Source of the DNA: Candidatus Heimdallarchaeota archaeon
GTDB taxonomy: Archaea > Asgardarchaeota > Heimdallarchaeia > Heimdallarchaeales > Heimdallarchaeaceae
Reading direction: 5' to 3'
NCBI GenBank assembly: GCA_030668825.1
Contig: DAOVET010000036.1
Coordinates: 1-23,092 of the forward strand
Length of the DNA stretch: 23,092 bases
The position numbers were made by a program, and so were the translations under genes. Of the stretch, positions 8,748-17,721 are shown piece after piece. Under the pieces are notes generated by a model. The model worked only from the letters and a program-made list of their open reading frames with translations. It had not been told where the DNA came from and made no database searches. How positions within the stretch are numbered: the first letter of the stretch is position 1; each line of letters opens with the position of its first letter.

Positions 8748-9794
8748 TCATATAAAACTATTGATTTCCTTTCCTATAGGTTGCTCAGTCAGGAAATAGT
8801 AAGCGAAATCTTTGAGAAGTTCAATATTTGGATTGTCAGCAGGTATATTTTGGACTGTGGTTTTATCCAAAATATCCATTAATGCCCAGATTGCCAAGAA
8901 TAGATCTAGAGGAAATCCTTTTGGATAGAGTGTTTCCAATGGTTGAGAGTTTATTTCTCTCAAGTGTACACTGTATCCCAGAATGAACTGTTTGATGTCT
9001 TCTACAGTGGCAGGGATTCCTTGAGATCCTCTATATTCAAGAAATGCTTGTCTCCCGAAAAATGTACCAATATCTTCAAACCTATCAAATGCCCCTTGCA
9101 TCCAAAAGGTTGGATCTATGAGAGCTATGTTTAACACTTCATTCTGAGGAGAAGTTCTAATCATAAGATTACTCTGATGAAAATCTCCAAAAGCATCACT
9201 TCCACCTTGTGATGAGGATATCATTTCCAGTAAGATTCTTGATTTATCCATTATCTCGTGTTCATTTGTATTGCCACCAAAAACTGCTAGAACAAGCCTT
9301 CGATATAGTTCTTCATAAATGTCTATCATTACAGGACGAGGTTTTCCTTCATGAATTATAGATAAAACATATCCACCCCAGAAACTCTTATCTTTTACAT
9401 CATGAGCATCCTCATAATTAATACCTGTGACTCCTTCATAAGCAATGAAAGTTGGAGATTTTAAATTCACATAGATGTATCGTGGGATTTTAACAACTGA
9501 TCTAGTTGAAAATTTTTTCTCCAAAAAAGAAGAATTCCTGATTTCAGTAATAACTTCTGTAGGACTTTCCATGAATTTTATTGCTAGTTTAGTTTTATGG
9601 TTTCCTAATTCAGAACTATAAAAAACATCAATAACATAAACATCACCAAACCTTCCACCAGCCTTATGATATTCAATATCATTTATTTTAACTTCTAAAA
9701 TATCTTTTCCAAATTCTCTGCGTGCTTCATCGATTAAATAATATGAAAAGGAACTGACAAGCTGTATTAATAGGGGTTTGAGTGATTCACTCAT
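8748..9794 (-). CDS. Protein-kinase-like fold phosphotransferase (APH/choline-kinase-like)
   Basis: Gly-rich AGGRFG, LAIKF (VAIK-like), following Glu helix, GDFHQSNLM (Brenner motif), LIDP (DFG-equivalent) and EDIG. Confidence 0.7.
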   Translation of the reverse strand: MSESLKPLLIQLVSSFSYYLIDEARREFGKDILEVKINDIEYHKAGGRFGDVYVIDVFYSSELGNHKTKLAIKFMESPTEVITEIRNSSFLEKKFSTRSVVKIPRYIYVNLKSPTFIAYEGVTGINYEDAHDVKDKSFWGGYVLSIIHEGKPRPVMIDIYEELYRRLVLAVFGGNTNEHEIMDKSRILLEMISSSQGGSDAFGDFHQSNLMIRTSPQNEVLNIALIDPTFWMQGAFDRFEDIGTFFGRQAFLEYRGSQGIPATVEDIKQFILGYSVHLREINSQPLETLYPKGFPLDLFLAIWALMDILDKTTVQNIPADNPNIELLKDFAYYFLTEQPIGKEINSFI

Positions 9795-9854
9795 GAGAGA
9801 ACAATTACATTTTGGGTTATTAAATTTTAGTTTAGAAGTAGTTAGTTAAGTCAA

Positions 9855-9951
9855 AAGAACGTTCTTATTATTTCTTCAAAATTAGATTTAAATTTAGCTT
9901 ATTAACCTACCAAAAATTAAGCGAAACGGATACTTAAGAAAAGTTAATAAG
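9855..9951. promoter_or_regulatory. Divergent promoter region with symmetric elements
   Basis: 12-bp palindrome AAGAACGTTCTT (9855-9866) and inverted TATA-like pair CTTATTAAC (9898-9906) / GTTAATAAG (9943-9951) between divergent genes. Confidence 0.4.
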
Positions 9952-10008
9952 ATATGAAAGGTAGTATGGCTTGAGATTCTCGCTCACTCCTCAACAAGTG
10001 GTTACTGT

Positions 10009-11010
10009 ATGAATAACGAAAAAGATTCAAATGAAATGCTAGATTGGGACAAAAAGAATGTTACAAAGTTTGCTCTATTTTTGTATGATTTAGCTAAAGA
10101 AAGAGTTCAAACAGATAGAGATGCCACAGAATCTACAGAGGAGGATGAATTTGTTGAAGATTTGATTCTATTAAATGAATCTTTAGAAAAGGAGTTACTT
10201 TATGAGCCTCTAGACACACAAAAAGTTGAGGAAGAGATTTTTGAAGAAGAAGATCTAGAAGTTGAAGGTGATTTAGAGCAAGAATTAGAGGAAGTAACAA
10301 TTGGGTTAGCTAAAGCTGTTTCTGGAGAAGATGTTGGAGAAATTGATGTTAGTGATGAAGAAGAGATAAAGGAAATAATAAAGAAAGAGCAAATACCCAT
10401 TCCTTCTGAGAATATTACAATTTCTACTGAAGTTACATTACAAGAAGAATCACTTGAGACGCAAACAAGTATTGAACTAGCCCAGGAATTCGAAGTTGAT
10501 CAACAGATTGAAGAACTAGAATCTGTTGATCTCTCGCAACCCATTGTTACTGATCCAGTTATCAATGAGGAAGTTTTTGTACAACCCGAAAACATACCTA
10601 TAGATATTCATAATTTAGTTTTTGTTGAAGAAGCTACAAGTACCCCAATTACTAAAGATGAAATTATAATTACAGATAGTGCCCAAGAGGTAGAAATTGT
10701 TCAAGAGGTAGAAATTGTCCAAGAGACAGAAATTGTCCAAGAGGCAGAGGTAGTTCAGGAATTAATTGCCAAAACTGATTTAGAGATTGAAGCTTCCAGA
10801 CGAAGACAAAAAATAATTGATAGCATGTTAGCAGAAACTAAGAAACGAGAAGATAAAGAAGGTTTCAAAGTAAGAGAACTAGGTGAAACTGAGGGTCGAG
10901 CTTATTCTGCTGTTGTCTTTGGAAATGAATCTACTAAGAACATCAAAAAATGGAAAAGATGGGAAAGAAGAAGATTAAAAGAAGAAAAGAAGAAACGGAG
11001 AAGAAAATAG
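10009..11010 (+). CDS. Highly acidic low-complexity protein with strongly basic C-terminal tail
   Basis: 333 aa with an E/D/V/I-rich core, QEVEIV repeats and a terminal KKWKRWERRRLKEEKKKRRRK. Confidence 0.8.
   Translation: MNNEKDSNEMLDWDKKNVTKFALFLYDLAKERVQTDRDATESTEEDEFVEDLILLNESLEKELLYEPLDTQKVEEEIFEEEDLEVEGDLEQELEEVTIGLAKAVSGEDVGEIDVSDEEEIKEIIKKEQIPIPSENITISTEVTLQEESLETQTSIELAQEFEVDQQIEELESVDLSQPIVTDPVINEEVFVQPENIPIDIHNLVFVEEATSTPITKDEIIITDSAQEVEIVQEVEIVQETEIVQEAEVVQELIAKTDLEIEASRRRQKIIDSMLAETKKREDKEGFKVRELGETEGRAYSAVVFGNESTKNIKKWKRWERRRLKEEKKKRRRK
10684..10755 (+). repeat. In-frame 18-bp tandem repeat x4 (QEVEIV/QEVEIV/QETEIV/QEAEVV)
   Basis: caagaggtagaaattgtt caagaggtagaaattgtc caagagacagaaattgtc caagaggcagaggtagtt. 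Confidence 0.9.
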
Positions 11011-11112
11011 AATAACTGATGTTTTTCACACAGTAAGATATTAAATAAAGTAAATAATTAAAAATAATGTGAGAATAGGATAAACAACTCACACTCAAAG
11101 TGAGGATTTAAG

Positions 11113-12150
11113 ATGAGTGACTTTGAATTACCATGGAACACGTTTGTAGGATTTAGTCTTTTTACTTTAGAAGAAGATATGATATTTGATAAAGTTATTA
11201 ATACAAAAACTGCATTTTCCACGGTTTATCAAGTCATAGATACAAGTACAAAAACAAGAGAAGAATTAAAAAAATCTCAAACAATAACTCTAGTTAATGA
11301 AGTATTTAGAGTTGATTATCATTTATTCTTCAATATAGTTTTAGCCTGCATGTTTGAACCTGAAACTGATGAAAATGTAGCTTTAGAAATGATACAGATT
11401 ATCAAGAACAAGCTTATTGAACAGCTTCAAGATTATGGAACAATTGAAAAAATGGAACCAAAAACCCAAACTGCATTAATTAAACGTTTGGGGAATTTAA
11501 TTTCTGAAAGAGCCGCAAGTCAGGTAAAGTATGATTATTTCCCAACTAAAAAACCACAAGAAATAGTATCAGAACCAGTGGAACAACCCAGAGTTGTAGA
11601 GGAGAAACCAGATTACTCACAACCAACAACACCAACACAAACCTCTACACCTGTAACACAAGCACAAGGAACTGGTCAAGTAGAAGATTTACTTGAATAT
11701 ATAGGGCAAAAAACTGAACCATTATCTCAAGGTGCTTCTGATGATAAGAAAGTTGAACTTGCTCAAGAATTATTGGAACAAGCAAAGAAAGATTCAATTG
11801 TAAAAGTAATATCTTCAATTGTTAAGGGTTTATCAACAAAAACAGGTGTTTGTTTTGTTTTTACTGGAGATAAAGGTGCTTTAGAAACAATAACTTATGG
11901 TATGTCAGAAAAACATGCAGAATTTGTTCTAGGGATTCTATCTAAATATCCAGAAGTTGTTAAACAAACCATAGAATCACCAAGTGAAGAAAAAACGCTA
12001 GATGCCGGAGATGGTGTGGTGATACTTGAAGAAACAGAAAGTGGTATGCTAGTGAGTATCACTAAAAATCGAGAGGAGATTAGCATAATCTCCAAAAGAA
12101 TGAAACTCGTAACAACTCTTATTTCTGAGTTCCTAAAACCATCCTTTTAA
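11113..12150 (+). CDS. Longin-like N-domain + Pro/Thr/Gln linker + roadblock-like C-domain protein (paralogue A)
   Basis: N-terminal pattern GFSLFTL...FRVDYHLFFNIVLACMF...ALEMIQIIKNKL, a low-complexity linker QPTTPTQTSTPVTQ, and a C-domain shared with 12887..13492 and 13657..14622. The fold names are inferred. Confidence 0.65.
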   Translation: MSDFELPWNTFVGFSLFTLEEDMIFDKVINTKTAFSTVYQVIDTSTKTREELKKSQTITLVNEVFRVDYHLFFNIVLACMFEPETDENVALEMIQIIKNKLIEQLQDYGTIEKMEPKTQTALIKRLGNLISERAASQVKYDYFPTKKPQEIVSEPVEQPRVVEEKPDYSQPTTPTQTSTPVTQAQGTGQVEDLLEYIGQKTEPLSQGASDDKKVELAQELLEQAKKDSIVKVISSIVKGLSTKTGVCFVFTGDKGALETITYGMSEKHAEFVLGILSKYPEVVKQTIESPSEEKTLDAGDGVVILEETESGMLVSITKNREEISIISKRMKLVTTLISEFLKPSF

Positions 12151-12214
12151 ATTTCAAATCAAGATTATTTTTTATAATGCTGTCTCAATATTATTAGGAG
12201 AGTGATTAATTCTG

Positions 12215-12862
12215 ATGAAAGGAAATCAGTCCAAAGAGATATTCGTTTCAGAAGTAATACGTAGTAATGCAAAGGAAATATTATCCTTTTTCAAATATAT
12301 TGAAAAAAACCTACAAAAAGAGAAATTGCATTTAAAAGAAGTTAGTCAAAAACGCATATTATTAAGTAAAAAAATCTCTGGAAAATCGGTCTATTTTGAG
12401 TTTCAAGATACTGAAAATGAAAATTTCTTTCTATTAGAAGTCTTTTCCTATAAATTTGTTCTAAATACCATCTTACCCAAATGGGTTCAATGGAATTTTT
12501 TGGGTCTAAAATTAGGAATTTGGTTGCTTCTTATTTTAATTGGTGGATTATTAATCCCCCTAATCATATATCTTGGATTTAGAGAAAATCTTCCTGAAGA
12601 ATTTCAACGTATTCTTTTAATTGTTGGGATTATTTTAATGTGTAGTGGTATAATAGCTTCAGGAGTATTGTTTATTGTAAATCGTATCAAAAGGAACAGA
12701 AAGTTTCGAAGAAAATCTGAGGTAGAGAAATTATCATTTGAAATTTCCAAGTTAGTTATGGAATACACAGAAAGCACATCAGATAAAATGATTTGTTGGA
12801 AATGCTTCAAAGAGATAAGTGTAGGATTGAAAAAATGTCCTGAATGTGGTACAAATATATAG
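12215..12862 (+). CDS. 2-TM membrane protein with C-terminal zinc ribbon
   Basis: Two hydrophobic helices, a basic juxtamembrane stretch, then CWKC-x10-CPECG. Confidence 0.8.
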   Translation: MKGNQSKEIFVSEVIRSNAKEILSFFKYIEKNLQKEKLHLKEVSQKRILLSKKISGKSVYFEFQDTENENFFLLEVFSYKFVLNTILPKWVQWNFLGLKLGIWLLLILIGGLLIPLIIYLGFRENLPEEFQRILLIVGIILMCSGIIASGVLFIVNRIKRNRKFRRKSEVEKLSFEISKLVMEYTESTSDKMICWKCFKEISVGLKKCPECGTNI

Positions 12863-12886
12863 ATATGTTAAGTAAATCAAGAAAAG

Positions 12887-13492
12887 CTAAATATCTTCTA
12901 ATAATAAAGTATTTTCAATAACTACATTTTGCACATGTCTCAGCTTTCTAGAGAGTTCATCCACGTCTTTTTGTTTTTGAACAATCCCAATCAGATAGTT
13001 ATCTTTTTGGCAATTTTCTAGAACTACAAAGCCGATTCCAGTATCAAGAACTTTGACTTCTTCATCTGATCCCAATAAATCATTGACAACGGGTGGATAT
13101 TTTCTGAAAATTTCCAATATTTTCTTCACTATATCTCTTTCGAGAGGTCCTCTAACTATGACTCTTACATCTGAACTTTCTGGATGTGGTACAAGTGCTG
13201 CAGCAGAGAGAGATTTAAAATCTGAAGAAATGCTATCAAGTAAGGCATCAATAGTGACACGTATGGCTTCCTTAACATCGTCACTTGTAGAAGTTTGTGT
13301 TAGAAAATCACGTAAATACTGACCTGACTTGAGTTTCTTTGCTGAAATGTTTAAGGCTTCATATGCTACTTCTTCCATTTCTACGAAAACATTCTTTATA
13401 GCAGGTTTTCTTTTTCGTGAAGAAATCCTTGAGGAAGGAGAATCACTAGAATCTTTTTGCCTTGTCATTATTTTACCACAAAGATAAGTCAT
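12887..13492 (-). CDS. Roadblock-like domain protein with Ser/Arg/Lys-rich N-terminus (paralogue B)
   Basis: C-domain ILEIFRKYPPVV...EEVKVLDTGIGFVVLE...YLIGIV aligns by eye with paralogues A and C. An alternative start is ATG 13468. Confidence 0.65.
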   Translation of the reverse strand: MTYLCGKIMTRQKDSSDSPSSRISSRKRKPAIKNVFVEMEEVAYEALNISAKKLKSGQYLRDFLTQTSTSDDVKEAIRVTIDALLDSISSDFKSLSAAALVPHPESSDVRVIVRGPLERDIVKKILEIFRKYPPVVNDLLGSDEEVKVLDTGIGFVVLENCQKDNYLIGIVQKQKDVDELSRKLRHVQNVVIENTLLLEDI

Positions 13493-13656
13493 CTTAAAAC
13501 TCTAAAAAGATTTCCTTATTCTTAATAGCTGTAAAAAATAAGAAAATAAAGGTGGGAGAAGTGTTTTTCATAAATTTTCACAATTCATTAGCTAATTAGA
13601 CACTTGGGATATATTTATTAGCCAACAATAAGATAATAATATCTAGTTGAGGTCTT

Positions 13657-14622
13657 ATGCCTTTTCGTAGAAGTGAAATCAATCCATTAGTAGCTGTTAT
13701 TATCTATGATTTGATAGGAAACAATATCTTTGAGATTGAAAATACAGAGGATGAAATTGAAAAATCAGAAATTCATAGTTATTTCATTCATCCAATTGAA
13801 TTTTACCATTGGGTTAGAAGATATAATGAAATAACAATTTTTCGAGGAAAGTTTAGAGCCACTTATATTACGTTTATTGATTTAACTTTATTATTCGTAT
13901 CACGTGTAGAGAATATCGCTGCTGAGGTTCGTCCTACAATATTAAAATATGTTCAAAAGTTTGGTGAAGATGTAATCAGGTATCTTATTACAGAAGAAAA
14001 TGTTGATCTTCTAATCAAAACTTGTGGTTCAGATTTTAATAAAAACAAAGAGAGTATCAGGATTCACATTGATAAAATATTCTCACGACTTGGAATTGAA
14101 AAAAGCGAAATTGAACCCATTAAACCTATTGAAGTAAAAATTGTTCCAGAAACAGCAATTACTCAGACTAAAGCTGAGGTGTTTGAAGAAATTCGTCCTT
14201 TTGAAACTGTTCCAAAGATTCCAGTCAGTAAGATGACGCAAGAAATACTTGATGAAGCAAATAAAAGAGCAATAACTTCCTTGCTTTTTTCATCCATCAG
14301 AGGGTGTAATTTTCCTTCAGCTGCAGCTTATATTTTCCCAAAAGATGATGGATCAATGGGAGAACTATATGCAGGAAATCTAGAGGAGAAGAAGATTGTA
14401 TATGTTTTAGAAACCATTACAAGATTTCCAAGAGTCATTTACGAGATGGTAAATTCAGAGGATGAAATCAAAGCTTTAAATGCAGGAGTTGTTCAGATTA
14501 TTGTAGAAGACTGTTCTGAAGGTAAAATACTGGTTGGAATGACAACTAATGTACACGATGTTATGAATGTAGGATACAAATTTAAGATTATCAAACACAT
14601 TCTAAAAAGCATGGGCTTTTAG
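13657..14622 (+). CDS. Longin-like N-domain + roadblock-like C-domain protein (paralogue C)
   Basis: N-terminal LVAVIIYDLIGNNIF...FRATYITFIDLTLLFVS...helix, and C-domain VLETITRFPRVI...DEIKALNAGVVQIIVE...ILVGM. GAGGT SD upstream. Confidence 0.65.
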   Translation: MPFRRSEINPLVAVIIYDLIGNNIFEIENTEDEIEKSEIHSYFIHPIEFYHWVRRYNEITIFRGKFRATYITFIDLTLLFVSRVENIAAEVRPTILKYVQKFGEDVIRYLITEENVDLLIKTCGSDFNKNKESIRIHIDKIFSRLGIEKSEIEPIKPIEVKIVPETAITQTKAEVFEEIRPFETVPKIPVSKMTQEILDEANKRAITSLLFSSIRGCNFPSAAAYIFPKDDGSMGELYAGNLEEKKIVYVLETITRFPRVIYEMVNSEDEIKALNAGVVQIIVEDCSEGKILVGMTTNVHDVMNVGYKFKIIKHILKSMGF

Positions 14623-14637
14623 TAGAAGTATAAATTA

Positions 14638-14655
14638 TTTTCTTTTTTTCTCTCC
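14638..14655 (+). terminator. Putative archaeal oligo-T terminator
   Basis: Pyrimidine tract ttttctttttttctctcc shortly after the stop of 13657..14622. Confidence 0.35.
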
Positions 14656-14695
14656 TTCAAAAAACTTTTAGGAATTGTAGATTCTAGTAATATTA

Positions 14696-15742
14696 ATGGA
14701 AGAAGGTAAGCTAGAGATTTCTCTTTTAAGAGAGATACTAAAACTAAAGGGTTCTGAAAATAAAGGAATAGTAACTTCAGGACACATAGGTGGGGATTCA
14801 GCAATTATAGATGTATCTGAAGCTCAAATAAAAGCTCAGAAATTCTATAACAATAATTCGAACCCTCTCCTTGTTGTGAAATCTGATCCAATAACATTTC
14901 CTACAGCTGAACCAGGACGATATGCAGTAATTGTAAATGCAAATGATATAGCATGTGCTGGAGCATTGCCTTTTGGATTTCTTTCTTCCATCATTGTTCC
15001 AATTAACACATCATTCGATGAAATCAAACGCATTCAAGAGCAAATACATCAACAAAGTATTGAACTTGGTATAAGTATTTTAGGAGGACATACTGAGATT
15101 TCCCAATCAGTCAAAACACCCCTTGTATCAGGTCACATGTTAGGGTTTGTCCCTCAAGACTTTGTTGTACCCAATAAGCTGACTGAAGAAGAGATCATTT
15201 TAGCAATTGGTTTTACAGGGGCAGAGGGTACAGGAATAATTATTTCAGAGTCTGGGGACTTAATACACTCTACTCTCAATAATGATGAAATAGAAGAAGG
15301 AAAAAGGATAGGGGCGCAACTAAGAATTGTAGATTTGGCTTTGGATTTGAATAGAGAGTTTCAACCTTCCTTAATTCACGATGCAACTGAAGGAGGAGTT
15401 TATGGTGCGTTATATGAACTTATAGCATTCAGTGAACTAAGTATTGAACTCAATAATCAACCGAGAATATCCAATGTTACGGAAAAATTAGCATCATGGC
15501 TTCAGTTTAATCCCTTTAGACTCATCTCTTCTGGAATGCTCATTGTTTCAGCACCGGAGGAAAAAGCTCTACATATTTTAGATCATCTAAAGAAAGAACA
15601 AATACCTTGTGAAAAAATTGGAAAAGTAGGAACTGATAAAGGAATCTTGACTCTCAATAATCAGGTGCTTGATAAACCAAAAGGTGATGAAATTTCAACT
15701 GCTCTGAAAAATCTTGCAAAAATCAGAAAAGGAAAAAAGTGA
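14696..15742 (+). CDS. AIR synthase (PurM/HypE/ThiL superfamily) related protein
   Basis: GKL...GGDSA, KSDPITF, ANDIACAGA, ILGGHTE, HDATEGG and LISSG motifs. Confidence 0.85.
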   Translation: MEEGKLEISLLREILKLKGSENKGIVTSGHIGGDSAIIDVSEAQIKAQKFYNNNSNPLLVVKSDPITFPTAEPGRYAVIVNANDIACAGALPFGFLSSIIVPINTSFDEIKRIQEQIHQQSIELGISILGGHTEISQSVKTPLVSGHMLGFVPQDFVVPNKLTEEEIILAIGFTGAEGTGIIISESGDLIHSTLNNDEIEEGKRIGAQLRIVDLALDLNREFQPSLIHDATEGGVYGALYELIAFSELSIELNNQPRISNVTEKLASWLQFNPFRLISSGMLIVSAPEEKALHILDHLKKEQIPCEKIGKVGTDKGILTLNNQVLDKPKGDEISTALKNLAKIRKGKK

Positions 15743-16421
15743 AGGGCTGATAAATTTGTTAAATAAAGAGAATATATGGGGTGCAGAAGCAGTTCTTCTC
15801 GAGGATGAGTGGCTAGGATTTCAGGTATTGAAAAAAATTCGTTTACCGAAGTCATATAGAATCAAGCAGATTGATGATGAATTAAGGAATAGTAGAACAA
15901 TCTCCGAATCAAAACTAATCATGGCCTCAAGAGATGTGGGAGTAAAAACACCATATATCTTTGATATTGATTTAGATTCATCGGCAATAACAATGGAATT
16001 TATTGAGGGAAAACTAGTTAAAGATGTTTTGAACAGTGAAGACACTTTAGAAGAGAAATTACATTATGTTGAATCGATGGGAGAACAAGTAGGAAAATTG
16101 CACAATAGTGACATCATACATGGAGACTTAACAACCAGTAACATTCTAATAAAAAATCGAGAACTTGTCTTCATAGACTTTGGTCTTGGCAAATTTTCAC
16201 AGGCAATAGAAGACAAAGCTGTTGACATCTTATTAATTAAGAAATGTTTTACAAGCACGCATACTGAATTTGAAAAAGACTATTTTACCACATTTCAAAA
16301 AGGTTATATGAGTACTATGAGCAAGGCTAAAAGCATTTTTCGTCGTGCAATAAAAGTAGAGGCTAGAGCAAGACATTTGAAAGAAAATCAAATTATTAGT
16401 GACTATCTTCTCTCTGAATAG
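15714..16421 (+). CDS. bud32: KEOPS complex kinase/ATPase Bud32 (probable start at TTG 15756)
   Basis: WGAEA, KIRLPKSYR..IDDELR.SRT..E, GVKTP, MEFIEG, HGDLTTSN, IDFGL, EDKAVD and C-terminal EARARH. Confidence 0.92.
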   Translation: MQKSEKEKSEGLINLLNKENIWGAEAVLLEDEWLGFQVLKKIRLPKSYRIKQIDDELRNSRTISESKLIMASRDVGVKTPYIFDIDLDSSAITMEFIEGKLVKDVLNSEDTLEEKLHYVESMGEQVGKLHNSDIIHGDLTTSNILIKNRELVFIDFGLGKFSQAIEDKAVDILLIKKCFTSTHTEFEKDYFTTFQKGYMSTMSKAKSIFRRAIKVEARARHLKENQIISDYLLSE

Positions 16422-17721
16422 GGGCTATGTTAGCAATTCGCTGATTGAGTTTCCAAGCATCCAGTGCATACCGTTCTTGGTGTGTCCAATTTCCTTCAAT
16501 TTTGCCTTGAGAACTTAATTTTCCAAGAATCTTCTTTATTTGAGGATAGACTGGTTTGAACTTTGCACCTTCTAGGTTAGTTCCTGGTAAAGGCATGAAA
16601 ACATGTGCTCTTATTATCGAGTTTCTTCTTATTAGATCCTTTATAACCTTGATTGTTTCCATTTCATCAACCTTAGTAGCAGTTGGTAATCCTATTATTA
16701 TATCAACTACTGGTGTAAATCCCGTATCATTGAGAATCTCAATTGCTTTAATCCCTTCTTCAACCGTATGTCCTCTTCGAATTTCTTTGAGAACTCTATC
16801 ACTACCTGATTGAAGACCTATAGATATTCGGGAATTTGAAATAATTGGCTTAATATCCTCCATCAAACTAGAGGATACAGTTTCAGGACGTACTTCTCCA
16901 GGAAATGTACCAAAATAAACATTATCAATTCCAGGGGTTGATTTAATTGATGATAAAAGATGGAGAATCGCTTCTTTATTTACTTCTTTAGGTTTTGAAG
17001 ACAAATAACCAAAGGAATTTGGTGTGATAAAACGGATATCGTTTAGCCTTTGAGTTCCCATCCATTTTATTACATCTAGAATTATTTCAGGAGATCTATG
17101 CCTTGTTCTATGTTTGAAAATGTTCGGAACTTGACAAAATGTACACCCAAAAGAACACCCCCTGCTTATCTCCAATGGTGGATAAAGCCTCCTTTTCGGG
17201 GATAGGAAGGGATATTCATCCAGAACTATAGGGTCAGGTCTATTAGTTAAACACAATGAATTATCTTCCAAAAACCCAATACCAGGAGTTCCAAATAAGT
17301 CTTCATTGTCCTTAAATCGTCTAACAAACTCAGTAAATGAGTATTCTGCTTCCCCAATAAAAACAAAGTCAAAACCAGATTTTAATGTTGTAAGAGGACT
17401 ACCAGTAGGATGACTTCCACCAGAGATGAAGGTTACTCTATCTAATTCTGATTTATTTAGTGAAGAATAAATTGTCTTCATCCGGGCATAAATATCTTCA
17501 AATTGAGCAGTTCTAAATGAAAAACCTACAATGAGTTTTTCATATTTTTCTAAGAGCTTTCGGATTTTTAATGAATTAAGATCTTTTTCAAGTAAGAAAT
17601 CTAAATTTCGAAAATCAGTATTAGCATCTATGGTAGCAACTAAAGGTGTAAGACTGTAGAAGTTCTTTTTAGTAAAATCAAATACAATTGCAGATGTCAT
17701 ATAATCACAATTTATCTCCAA
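16396..17721 (-). CDS. B12-binding domain radical SAM protein (TIGR04013/MJ1487-like)
   Basis: GFSF, GGSHPTG, FIGEAE, EISRGCSFGCTFCQVP (CxxxCxxC), RHRS, RFITPNSFGY, FGTFPGEVRPE, GLQSGS and HVFMPLPGT. It overlaps the kae1 stop. Confidence 0.85.
   Translation of the reverse strand: MEINCDYMTSAIVFDFTKKNFYSLTPLVATIDANTDFRNLDFLLEKDLNSLKIRKLLEKYEKLIVGFSFRTAQFEDIYARMKTIYSSLNKSELDRVTFISGGSHPTGSPLTTLKSGFDFVFIGEAEYSFTEFVRRFKDNEDLFGTPGIGFLEDNSLCLTNRPDPIVLDEYPFLSPKRRLYPPLEISRGCSFGCTFCQVPNIFKHRTRHRSPEIILDVIKWMGTQRLNDIRFITPNSFGYLSSKPKEVNKEAILHLLSSIKSTPGIDNVYFGTFPGEVRPETVSSSLMEDIKPIISNSRISIGLQSGSDRVLKEIRRGHTVEEGIKAIEILNDTGFTPVVDIIIGLPTATKVDEMETIKVIKDLIRRNSIIRAHVFMPLPGTNLEGAKFKPVYPQIKKILGKLSSQGKIEGNWTHQERYALDAWKLNQRIANIAPIQREDSH

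Noticed and set aside
10684-10755. CRISPR-like array
   Set aside because: Contiguous 18-bp coding repeats without spacers. No CRISPR array or cas gene is seen in the window.
14696-15742. Specific hypE, thiL or selD assignment
   Set aside because: Only superfamily motifs are visible and there is no hydrogenase, thiamine or selenium gene context.
16396-17721. MtaB/MiaB methylthiotransferase call for the radical SAM next to kae1
   Set aside because: No N-terminal three-Cys MTTase domain or TRAM domain; the N-terminus is B12-binding-like.
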